DNA of 64,000 bases, from the NCBI GenBank assembly GCA_964016885.1, contig OZ024742.1, forward strand, positions 166,098,001 through 166,162,000. The letters are read 5' to 3'. The stretch comes from Eledone cirrhosa (lineage: Eukaryota). The notes beneath the pieces were generated by a model. It saw nothing but the letters and a program-made list of their open reading frames with translations. It was not told the DNA's origin and ran no database searches. Shown here piece by piece: positions 37,001 to 49,500 of this stretch (position 1 is the first letter of the stretch; each line of letters opens with the position of its first letter). The position numbers and the translations under genes are program-made.

Positions 37001-40000
37001 AGATAATTTGTAAAAAAAAATCAGGGGGAGATAATTTGTAAAAACAATCAGGGGGAGATAATTTGTAAAAAAAATCAGGGGGAGATAATTTGTAAAAAAA
37101 ATCAAGGGGAGATAATTTCCAGCCGTCCAAGGGGAGATAATTTTCAGCCGTCCAAGGGGAGATAATTTCCAGCCGTCCAAGGGGAGATAATTTCCATCCT
37201 TCCAAGGGGAGATAATTTCCAGCCGTCCAAGGGGAGATAATTTTCAGCCGTCCAAGGGGAGATAATTTCCCGCCAGCCAAGGGAAGATAATATTTTAAAA
37301 AATCAGGCGGAGATAATTTGTAAAAAAAATCAGGGGGAGATAATTTGTAAAAAAATCAGGGGGAGATAATTTGTAAAAAAAAAATCAGGGGGAGATAATT
37401 TGTAAAAAAAATCAGGGGGAGATAATTTGTAAAAAAAAATCAGGGGTAGATAATTTGTAAAAAAAAATCAGGGGGAGATAATTTGTAAAAAAAAAATCAG
37501 GGGGAGATAATTTGTAAAAAAAATCAAGGGGAGATAATTTCCAGCCGTCCAAGGAGAGATAATTTTTAAAAAAAATCAGGCGGAGATAATTTGTAAAAAA
37601 AAATCAAGGGGAGATAATTTGTAAAAAAAAATCAAGGGGAGATAATTTGTAAAAAAAATCAAGGGGAGATAATTTCCAGCCGTCCAAGGGAAGATAATTT
37701 CCAGCACTCCAAGGGGCTATAATTTCCAGTGTCCAAGGGGAGATAATTTCCAGCCAGCGAAGGGGAGATAATTTTTTTAAAAAAATCAGGGGGAGATATG
37801 TAAAAAAAATCAGAGGGAGATAATTTCTAAAAAAAATCAAAGGGAGATAATTTCCAGCCGTCCAAAGAGAGATAATTTCTAGCCGTCCAAGGGGAGATAA
37901 TTTCCAGCCAAGGGGAGATAATTTCCAGCCGTCCAAGGGGAGATAATTATTTAAAAAATCAGGTGGAGATAATTTGTAAAAAAAATCAGGGGGAGATAAT
38001 TTGTAAAAACAAAATCAAGGGCAGATAATTTCCAGCTGTCCAAGGGGAGATAATTTCCAGCCGTGCAAGGGGAGATAATTTCCAGCCGTCCAAGGGGAGA
38101 TAATTTCCATCCTTCCAAGGGGAGATAATGTCCAGCCGTCCAAGGGGAGATAATTTCCCGCCAGCCAAGGGAAGATAATTTTTAAAAAAATCAGGCGGAG
38201 ATTGTAAAAAAAATCAGGGGGAGATAATTTGTAAAAAAAAAATCAGGGGGAGATAATTTGTAAAAAAAATCAGGGGGAGATAATTTGTAAAAAAAATCAA
38301 GGGGAGTTAATTTCCAGCCGTCCAAGGGGAGATAATTTTCAGCCGTCCAAGGGGAGATAATTTCCCGCCAGCCAAGGGAAGATAATATTTAAAAAATGAG
38401 GCGGAGATAATTTGTAAAAAAAAATCAGGGGTAGATAATTTGTAAAAAAAATCAGGGGGAGATAATTTGTAAAAAAAATCAAGGGGAGATAATTTCCAGC
38501 CGTCCAAGGAGAGATAATTTTTAAAAAAAATCAGGCGGAGATAATTTGTAAAAAAAAAATCAGGGGGAGATAATTTGTAAAAAAAAATCAGGGGGAGATA
38601 ATTTGTAAAAAAAATCAAGGGGAGATAATTTCCAGCCGTCCAAGGGGAGATAATTTTCAGCCGTCCAAGGGGAGATAATTTCCAGCCGTCCAAGGGGAGA
38701 TAATTTAAAAAAAAAATCAGGCGGAGATAATTTGTAAAAAAAATCAAGGGGAGATAATTTGCAACCGTCCAAGGGGACATAATTTTCAGTCGTCCAAGGA
38801 GAGGTAATTTCTAGCCGTACAAGGGGAGATAATTTCCAGCCGTCCAAGGGGAGATAATTTCCAGCCGTCCAAGGGGAGATAATTTTTTTTTAAAAATCAG
38901 GCGGAGATAATTTGTAAAAAAAAATCAGGGGGAGATAATTTGTAAAAAAAAATCAGGGGGAGATAATTTCTAAAAAAATCAAGGGGAGATAATATGCAGC
39001 CGTCCAAGGGGAGATAATTTTCAGCCGTCCAAGGAGAGGTAATTTCTAGCCGTCCAAGGGGAGATAATTTCCAGCCGTCCAAGGGGAGATAATTTCCAGC
39101 CGTCCAAGGGGAGATAGTTTTTTTTAAAAAATCAGGCGGAGATAATTTGTAAAAAAAAAATCAGGGGGAGATAATTTGTAAAAAAAAATCAGGGGGAGAT
39201 AATTTGTAAAAAAAAATCAGGGGGAGATAATTTGTAAAAAAAATCAGGGGGAGATAATTAGTAAAAAAAATCAAGGGGAGATAATTTCCAGCCGTCCAAG
39301 GGGAGGTAATATCTAGCCGTCCAAGGGGAGATAATTTCCAGCCGTCCAAGGGGAGATAATTTCCAGCCGTCCAAGGGTAGATAATATCCAGCCGTCCAAG
39401 TAGACATATTTTCCAGCCGTCCAAGGAGAGGTAATTTCTAGCCGTCCAAGGGGAGATAAATTCCAGCCTCCAAGGGGAGATAATTTCCAGCCAGCCAAGG
39501 GGAGATAATTTGTAAAAAAATCAGGGGGAGATAATTTGTAAAAAAAATCAGGGGGAGATAATTTGTAAAAAAAAATCAGGGGGAGATAATTTGTAAAAAA
39601 AAAATCAGGGGGAGATAATTTGTAAAAAAAATCAGGGGGAGATAATTTGTAAAAACAAATCAAGGGGAGATAATTTCCAGCCGTCCAAGGGGAGATAATT
39701 TTCAGCCGCCCAAGGGGAGATAATTTCCCGCCAGCCAAGGGAAGATAATATTTAAAAAATCAGGCGGAGATAATTTGTAAAAAAAATCAGGGGGAGATAA
39801 TTTGTAAAAAAATCAGGGGGAGATAATTTGTAAAAAAAAAATCAGGGGGAGATAATTTGTAAAAAAAATCAGGGGGAGATGATTTGTAAAAAAAATCAGG
39901 GGTAGATAATTTGTAAAAAAAAATCAGGGGGAGATAATTTGTAAAAAAAAATCAGGGGGAGATAATTTGTAAAAAAAATCAAGAGGAGATAATTTCCAGC

Positions 40001-43000
40001 CGTCCAAGGGGAGATAATTTTCAGCCGTCCAAGGGGAGATAATTTCCAGCCGTCCAAGGGGAGATAATTTCCATCCTTCCAAGGGGAGATAATTTCCAGC
40101 CGTCCAAGGGGAGATAATTTCCCGCCAACCAAGGGAAGATAATTTTTAAAAAAATCAGGCGGAGATTGTAAAAAAAATCAGGGGGAGATAATTTGTAAAA
40201 AAATCAGGGGGAGATAATTTGTAAAAAAAAAATCAGGGGGAGATAATTTGTAAAAAAAATCAGGGGGAGATAATTTGTAAAAAAAAATCAAGGGGAGATA
40301 ATTTGTACAAAAAATCAGGGCTATATAATTTGTAAAAAAAAATCAGGGGGAGATAATTTGTAAAAAAAAATCAGGGGGAGATAATTTGTAAAAAAAATCA
40401 AGGGGAGATAATTTGCAGCCGTCCAAGGGGAGATAATTTTCAGCCGTCCAAGGAGAGGTAATTTCTAGCCGTCCAAGGTGAGATAATATCCAGCCGTCCA
40501 AGGGGAGATAATTTCCAGCCGTCCAAGGGGAGATAATTTTAAAAAAAAAACAGGCGAAGATAATTTGTAAAAAAAAAATCAGGGGGAGATAATTTGTAAA
40601 AAAAAATCAGGGGGAGATAATTTGTAAAAAAAATCAGGGGGAGGTAATTTGTAAAAAAAATCAAGGGGAGATAATTTCCAGCCGTCCAAGGGAAGATAAT
40701 TTCCAGCCCTCCAAGGGGCTATAATTTCCAGCGTCCAAGGGGAGATAATTTCCAGCCAGCGAAGGGGAGATAATTTTTTTTTTTTTAAATCAGGGGGACA
40801 TAATTTGTAAAAAAAAATCAGGGGGAGATAATTTGTAAAAAAAATCAAGGGGAGATAATTTGTAAAAAAAAATCAGGGGGAGATAATTTGTAAAAAAAAA
40901 TCAGGGGGAGATAATTTGTAAATAAAATTAAGGGGAGATAATTTGTAAAAAAAAATCAAGGGGAGATAATTTCCAGCCGTCCAAGGAGAGGTAATTTCTA
41001 GACGTCCAAGGGGAGATAATTTCCAGCCGTCCAAGGGGAGATAATTTCCAGCCGTCCAAGGGTAGATAATATCCAGCCGTCCAAGGAGACATAGTTTCCA
41101 GCTTTCCAAGGAGAGGTAATTTCTAGCCGTCCAAGGGGAGATAAATTCCAGCCTCCAAGGGGAGATAATTTCCAGCCAGCCAAGGGGAGATAATTTGTAA
41201 AAAAAATCAGGGGGAGATAATTTGTAAAAAAAATCAGGGGGAGATAATTTGTAAAAAAAATCAGGGGGAGATAATTTCCAGCCGTCCAAGGGGAGATAAT
41301 TTTCAGCCGTCCAAGGGGAGATAATTTCCCGCCAGCCAAGGGAAGATAATATTTAAAAAATGAGGCGGAGATAATTTGTAAAAAAAATCAGGGGGAGATA
41401 ATTTGTAAAAAAATCAGGGGGAGATAATTTGTAAAAAAAAAATCAGGGGGAGATAATTTGTAAAAAAAATCAGGGGGAGATAATTTGTAAAAAAAATCAG
41501 GGGTAGATAATTTTTAAAAAAAAATCAGGGGGAGATAATTTGTAAAAAAAATCAGGGGGAGATAATTTATAAAAAAAATCAAGGGGAGATAATTTCCAGC
41601 CGTCCAAGGGAAGATAATTTCAAGCCCTCCAAGGGGCTATAATTTCCAGTGTCCAAGGGGAGATAATTTCCAGCCAGCGAAGGGGAGATAATTTTTTTTT
41701 AAAAATCAGGGGGAGATTTGTAAAAAAAATCAGGGGGAGATAATTTGTAAAAAAAATCAAAGGGAGATAATTTCCAGCCGTCCAAAGAGATAATTTCTAG
41801 CCGTCCAAGGGGAGATAATTTCGAGCCAAGGGGAGATAATTTCCAGCCGTCCAAGGGGAGATAATTTTTTAAAAAATCAGGTGGAGATAATTTGTAAAAA
41901 AAATCAGGGGGAGATAATTTGTAAAAACAAAATCAAGGGCAGATAATTTCCAGCTGTCCAAGGGGAGATAAATTCCAGCCGTGCAAGGGGAGATAATTTC
42001 CAGCCGTCCAAGGGGAGATAATTTCCATCCTTCCAAGGGGAGATAATTTCCAGCCGTCCAAGGGGAGATAATTTCCCGCCAGCCAAGGGAAGATAATTTT
42101 TTAAAAAATCAGGCGGAGATTGTAAAAAAAATCAGGGGGAGATAATTTGTAAAAAAATCAGGGGGAGATAATTTGTAAAAAAATCAAGGGGAGATAATTT
42201 CCAGCTGTCCAAGGGGAGGTAATATCTAGCCGTCCAAGGGGAGATAATTTCCAGCCGTCCAAGGGGAGATAATTTCCAGCCGTCCAAGGGTAGATAATAT
42301 CCAGCCGTCCAAGGAGACATATTTTCCAGCCGTCCAAGGAGAGGTAATTTCTAGCCGTCCAAGGGGAGATAATTTCCAGCCGTCCAAGGGGAGATAATTT
42401 AAAAAAAATCAGGCGGAGATAATTTGTAAAAAAAATCAAGGGGAGATAATTTGCAACCGTCCAAGGGGACATAATTTTCAGTCGTCCAAGGAGAGGTAAT
42501 TTCTAGCCGTACAAGGGGAGATAATTTCCAGCCGTCCAAGGGGAGATAATTTCCAGCCGTCCAAGGGGAGATAATTTTTTTTTAAAAATCAGGCGGAGAT
42601 AATTTGTAAAAAAAAAATCAGGGGGAGATAATTTGTAAAAAAAAATCAGGGGGAGATAATTTGTAAAAAAAAATCAGGGGGAGATAATTTGTAAAAAAAA
42701 TCAAGGGGAGATAATTTCCAGCCGTCCAAGGGAAGATAATTTCCAGCCCTCCAAGGGGCTATAATTTCCAGCGTCCAAGGGGAGATAATTTCCAGCCAGC
42801 GAAGGGGAGATAATTGTTTTAAAAAAATCATTGGGAGATTTGTAAAAAAAATCAGGGGGAGATAATTAATAAAAAAAATCAAGGGGAGATAATTTCCAGC
42901 CGTCCAAGGGGAGGTAATATCTAGCCGTCCAAGGGGAGATAATTTCCAGCCGTCCAAGGGGAGATAATTTCCAGCCGTCCAAGGGTAGATAATATCCAGC

Positions 43001-46000
43001 CGTCCAAGGAGACATATTTTCCCGCCGTCCAAGGAGAGGTAATTTCTAGCCGTCCAAGGGGAGATAAATTCCAGCCTCCAAGGGGAGATAATTTCCAGCC
43101 AGCCAAGGGGAGATAATTTGTAAAAAAATCAGGGGGAGATAATTTGTAAAAAAAATCAGGGGTAGATAATTTGTAAAAAAAAATCAGGGGGAGATAATTT
43201 GTAAAAAAAAATCAGGGGGAGATAATTTGTAAAAAAAATCAAGGGGAGATAATTTCCAGCCGTCCAAGGAGAGATAATTTAAAAAAAAAATCAGGCGGAG
43301 ATAATTTGTAAAAAAAAATCAGGGGGAGATAATTTGGAAAAAAAAATCAGGGGGAGATAATTTGTAAAAAAAATCAAGGGGAGATAATTTCCAGCCGTCC
43401 AAGGGGAGATAATTTCCAGCCGTCCAAGGGGAGATAATTTTTTAAAAAAAATCAGGCGGAGATAATTTGTAAAAAAAATCAGGGGGAGATAATTTGTAAA
43501 AAAAAATCAGGGGGAGATAATTTGTAAAAAAAAATCAGGGGGAGATAATTTCCAGCCGTCCAAGGTAAGATAATTTCCAGCCCTCCAAGGGGCTATAATT
43601 TCCAGCCGTCCAAGGGTAGATAATATCCAGCCGTCCAAGTAGACATATTTTCCAGCCGTTCAAGGAGAGGTAATTTCTAGCCGTCCAAGGGGAGATAAAT
43701 TCCAGCCTCCAAGGGGAGATAATTTCCAGCCAGCCAAGGGGAGATAATTTGTAAAAAAATCAGGGGGAGATAATTTGTAAAAAAAATCAGGGGGAGATAA
43801 TTTGTAAAAAAAAATCAGGGGGAGATAATTTGTAAAAAAAAATCAGGGGGAGATAATTTGTAAAAAAAAATCAGGGGGAGATAATTTGTAAAAAAAATCA
43901 AGGGGAGATAATTTCCAGCCGTCCAAGGGGAGATAATTTTCAGCCGTCCAAGGGGAGATAATTTCCAGCCGTCCAAGGGGAGATAATTTCCATCCTTCCA
44001 AGGGGAGATAATTTCCAGCCGTCCAAGGGGAGATAATTTTCAGCCGTCCAAGGGGAGATAATTTCCCGCCAGCCAAGGGAAGATAATATTTTAAAAAATC
44101 AGGCGGAGATAATTTGTAAAAAAAATCAGGGGGAGATAATTTGTAAAAAAATCAGGGGGAGATAATTTGTAAAAAAAAAATCAGGGGGAGATAACTTGTA
44201 AAAAAAATCAGGGGGAGATAATTTGTAAAAAAAAATCAGGGGTAGATAATTTGTAAAAAAAAATCAGGGGGAGATAATTTGTAAAAAAAAATCAGGGGGA
44301 GATAATTTGTAAAAAAAATCAGGGGGAGATAATTTGTAAAAAAAAATCAGGGGGAGATAATTTCCGGCCGTCCAAGGGGAGATAATTTTCAGCCGTCCAA
44401 GGGGAGATAATTTCCCGCCAGCCAAGGGAAGATAATATTTAAAAAAATCAGGCGGAGATAATTTGTAAAAAAAATCAGGGGGAGATAATTTGTAAAAAAA
44501 TCAGGGGGAGATAATTTGTAAAAAAAATCAAGGGGAGATAATTTCCAGCCGTCCAAGGGGAGGTAATATCTAGCCGTCCAAGGGGAGATAATTTCCAGCC
44601 GTCCAAGTGGAGATAATTTCCAGCCGTCCAAGGGTAGATAATATCCAGCCGTCCAAGGAGACATATTTTCCAGCCGTCCAAGGAGAGGTAATTTCTAGCC
44701 GTCCAAGGGGAGATAAATTCCAGCCTCCAAGGGGAGATAATTTCCAGCCAGCCAAGGGGAGATAATTTGTAAAAAAAATCAGGGGGAGATAATTTGTAAA
44801 AAAAATCAGGGGGAGATAATTTGTAAAAAAATCAGGGGGAGATAATTTGTAAAAAAAAAATCAGGGGGAGATAATTTGTAAAAAAAATCAGGGGGAGATG
44901 ATTTGTAAAAAAAAATCAGGGGTAGATAATTTGTAAAAAAAAATCAGGGGGTGATAATTTGTAAAAAAAAATCAGGGGGAGATAATTTGTAAAAAAAATC
45001 AAGGGGAGATAATTTCCAGCCGTCGAAGGGAAGATAATTTCCAGCCCTCCAAGGGGCTATAATTTCCAGCGTCCAAGGGGAGATAATTTCCAGCCGTCCA
45101 AGGGGAGATAATTTCCAGCCGTCCAAGGGTAGATAATATCCAGCCGTCCAAGTAGACATTTTCCAGCCGTCCAAGGAGAGGTAATTTCTAGCCGTCCAAG
45201 GGGAGATAAATTCCAGCCTCCAAGGGGAGATAATTTCCAGCCAGCCAAGGGGAGATAATTTGTAAAAAAATCAGGGGGAGATAATTTGTAAAAAAAATCA
45301 GGGGGAGATAATTTGTAAAAAAAAATCAGGGGGAGATAATTTGTAAAAACAATCAGGGGGAGATAATTTGTAAAAAAAATCAGGGGGAGATAATTTGTAA
45401 AAAAAATCAAGGGGAGATAATTTCCAGCCGTCCAAGGGGAGATAATTTTCAGCCGTCCAAGGGGAGATAATTTCCAGCCGTCCAAGGGGAGATAATTTCC
45501 ATCCTTCCAAGGGGAGATAATTTCCAGCCGTCCAAGGGGAGATAATTTTCAGCCGTCCAAGGGGAGATAATTTCCCGCCAGCCAAGGGAAGATAATATTT
45601 TAAAAAATCAGGCGGAGATAATTTGTAAAAAAAATCAGGGGGAGATAATTTGTAAAAAAATCAGGGGGAGATAATTTGTAAAAAAAAAATCAGGGGGAGA
45701 TAATTTGTAAAAAAAATCAGGGGGAGATAATTTGTAAAAAAAAATCAGGGGTAGATAATTTGTAAAAAAAAATCAGGGGGAGATAATTTGTAAAAAAAAA
45801 ATCAGGGGGAGATAATTTGTAAAAAAAATCAAGGGGAGATAATTTCCAGCCGTCCAAGGAGAGATAATTTTTAAAAAAAATCAGGCGGAGATAATTTGTA
45901 AAAAAAAATCAAGGGGAGATAATTTGTAAAAAAAAATCAAGGGGAGATAATTTGTAAAAAAAATCAAGGGGAGATAATTTCCAGCCGTCCAAGGGAAGAT

Positions 46001-46575
46001 AATTTCCAGCACTCCAAGGGGCTATAATTTCCAGTGTCCAAGGGGAGATAATTTCCAGCCAGCGAAGGGGAGATAATTTTTTTAAAAAAATCAGGGGGAG
46101 ATATGTAAAAAAAATCAGAGGGAGATAATTTCTAAAAAAAATCAAAGGGAGATAATTTCCAGCCGTCCAAAGAGAGATAATTTCTAGCCGTCCAAGGGGA
46201 GATAATTTCCAGCCAAGGGGAGATAATTTCCAGCCGTCCAAGGGGAGATAATTATTTAAAAAATCAGGTGGAGATAATTTGTAAAAAAAATCAGGGGGAG
46301 ATAATTTGTAAAAACAAAATCAAGGGCAGATAATTTCCAGCTGTCCAAGGGGAGATAATTTCCAGCCGTGCAAGGGGAGATAATTTCCAGCCGTCCAAGG
46401 GGAGATAATTTCCATCCTTCCAAGGGGAGATAATGTCCAGCCGTCCAAGGGGAGATAATTTCCCGCCAGCCAAGGGAAGATAATTTTTAAAAAAATCAGG
46501 CGGAGATTGTAAAAAAAATCAGGGGGAGATAATTTGTAAAAAAAAAATCAGGGGGAGATAATTTGTAAAAAAAAT
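29964..46575 (+). repeat. ~8.3-kb near-identical tandem duplication (29964-38269 / 38270-46575)
   Basis: ORF offsets: 30254/38560, 31590/39896, 32567/40873, 33598/41904 (8306); 34341/42646, 35538/43843, 37986/46291 (8305). Shared rare variants: TTTTCCCGCCGTCC (~34713/43018) and TTGGAAAA (~35030/43335). Confidence 0.92.
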
Positions 46576-49500
46576 CAGGGGTAGATAATTTGTAAAAAAA
46601 AATCAGGGGGAGATAATTTGTAAAAAAAAATCAGGGGGAGATAATTTCTAAAAAAATCAAGGGGAGATAATATGCAGCCGTCCAAGGGGAGATAATTTTC
46701 AGCCGTCCAAGGAGAGGTAATTTCTAGCCGTCCAAGGGGAGATAATTTCCAGCCGTCCAAGGGGAGATAATTTCCAGCCGTCCAAGGGGAGATAGTTTTT
46801 TTAAAAAAATCAGGCGGAGATAATTTGTAAAAAAAAAATCAGGGGGAGATAATTTGTAAAAAAAAATCAGGGGGAGATAATTTGTAAAAAAAAATCAGGG
46901 GGAGATAATTTGTAAAAAAAATCAGGGGGAGATAATTAGTAAAAAAAAATCAAGGGGAGATAATTTCCAGCCGTCCAAGGGGAGGTAATATCTAGCCGTC
47001 CAAGGGGAGATAATTTCCAGCCGTCCAAGGGGAGATAATTTCCAGCCGTCCAAGGGTAGATAATATCCAGCCGTCCAAGTAGACATATTTTCCAGCCGTC
47101 CAAGGAGAGGTAATTTCTAGCCGTCCAAGGGGAGATAAATTCCAGCCTCCAAGGGGAGATAATTTCCAGCCAGCCAAGGGGAGATAATTTGTAAAAAAAT
47201 CAGGGGGAGATAATTTGTAAAAAAAATCAGGGGGAGATAATTTGTAAAAAAAAATCAGGGGGAGATAATTTGTAAAAAAAATCAAGGGGAGATAATTTGT
47301 AAAAAAAAATCAGGGGGAGATAATTTGTAAAAAAAAATCAGGGGGAGATAATTTGTAAAAAAAAATCAGGGGGAGATAATTTGTAAAAAAAATCAAGGGG
47401 AGATAATTTCCAGCCGTCCAAGGAGAGATAATTTTAAAAAAAAATCAGGCGGAGATAATTTGTAAAAAAAATCAGGGGGAGATAATTTGTAAAAAAAAAT
47501 CAGGGGGAGATAATTTGTAAAAAAAAATCAGGGGGAGATAATTTCCAGCCGTCCAAGGTAAGATAATTTCCAGCCCTCCAAGGGGCTATAATTTCCAGCC
47601 GTCCAAGGGTAGATAATATCCAGCCGTCCAAGTAGACATATTTTCCAGCCGTTCAAGGAGAGGTAATTTCTAGCCGTCCAAGGGGAGATAAATTCCAGCC
47701 TCCAAGGGGAGATAATTTCCAGCCAGCCAAGGGGAGATAATTTGTAAAAAAATCAGGGGGAGATAATTTGTAAAAAAAATCAGGGGGAGATAATTTGTAA
47801 AAAAAAATCAGGGGGAGATAATTTGTAAAAAAAAATCAGGGGGAGATAATTTGTAAAAAAAAATCAGGGGGAGATAATTTGTAAAAAAAATCAAGGGGAG
47901 ATAATTTCCAGCCGTCCAAGGGGAGATAATTTTCAGCCGTCCAAGGGGAGATAATTTCCAGCCGTCCAAGGGGAGATAATTTCCATCCTTCCAAGGGGAG
48001 ATAATTTCCAGCCGTCCAAGGGGAGATAATTTTCAGCCGTCCAAGGGGAGATAATTTCCCGCCAGCCAAGGGAAGATAATATTTTAAAAAATCAGGCGGA
48101 GATAATTTGTAAAAAAAATCAGGGGGAGATAATTTGTAAAAAAATCAGGGGGAGATAATTTGTAAAAAAAAAATCAGGGGGAGATAATTTGTAAAAAAAA
48201 TCAGGGGGAGATAATTTGTAAAAAAAAATCAGGGGTAGATAATTTGTAAAAAAAAATCAGGGGGAGATAATTTGTAAAAAAAAATCAGGGGGAGATAATT
48301 TGTAAAAAAAATCAGGGGGAGATAATTTGTAAAAAAAAATCAGGGGGAGATAATTTCCGGCCGTCCAAGGGGAGATAATTTTCAGCCGTCCAAGGGGAGA
48401 TAATTTCCCGCCAGCCAAGGGAAGATAATATTTAAAAAAATCAGGCGGAGATAATTTGTAAAAAAAATCAGGGGGAGATAATTTGTAAAAAAATCAGGGG
48501 GAGATAATTTGTAAAAAAAATCAAGGGGAGATAATTTCCAGCCGTCCAAGGGGAGGTAATATCTAGCCGTCCAAGGGGAGATAATTTCCAGCCGTCCAAG
48601 TGGAGATAATTTCCAGCCGTCCAAGGGTAGATAATATCCAGCCGTCCAAGGAGACATATTTTCCAGCCGTCCAAGGAGAGGTAATTTCTAGCCGTCCAAG
48701 GGGAGATAAATTCCAGCCTCCAAGGGGAGATAATTTCCAGCCAGCCAAGGGGAGATAATTTGTAAAAAAAATCAGGGGGAGATAATTTGTAAAAAAAATC
48801 AGGGGGAGATAATTTGTAAAAAAATCAGGGGGAGATAATTTGTAAAAAAAAAATCAGGGGGAGATAATTTGTAAAAAAAATCAGGGGGAGATGATTTGTA
48901 AAAAAAAATCAGGGGTAGATAATTTGTAAAAAAAAATCAGGGGGTGATAATTTGTAAAAAAAAATCAGGGGGAGATAATTTGTAAAAAAAATCAAGGGGA
49001 GATAATTTCCAGCCGTCGAAGGGAAGATAATTTCCAGCCCTCCAAGGGGCTATAATTTCCAGCGTCCAAGGGGAGATAATTTCCAGCCGTCCAAGGGGAG
49101 ATAATTTCCAGCCGTCCAAGGGTAGATAATATCCAGCCGTCCAAGTAGACATTTTCCAGCCGTCCAAGGAGAGGTAATTTCTAGCCGTCCAAGGGGAGAT
49201 AAATTCCAGCCTCCAAGGGGAGATAATTTCCAGCCAGCCAAGGGGAGATAATTTGTAAAAAAATCAGGGGGAGATAATTTGTAAAAAAAATCAGGGGGAG
49301 ATAATTTGTAAAAAAAAATCAGGGGGAGATAATTTGTAAAAACAATCAGGGGGAGATAATTTGTAAAAAAAATCAGGGGGAGATAATTTGTAAAAAAAAT
49401 CAAGGGGAGATAATTTCCAGCCGTCCAAGGGGAGATAATTTTCAGCCGTCCAAGGGGAGATAATTTCCAGCCGTCCAAGGGGAGATAATTTCCATCCTTC

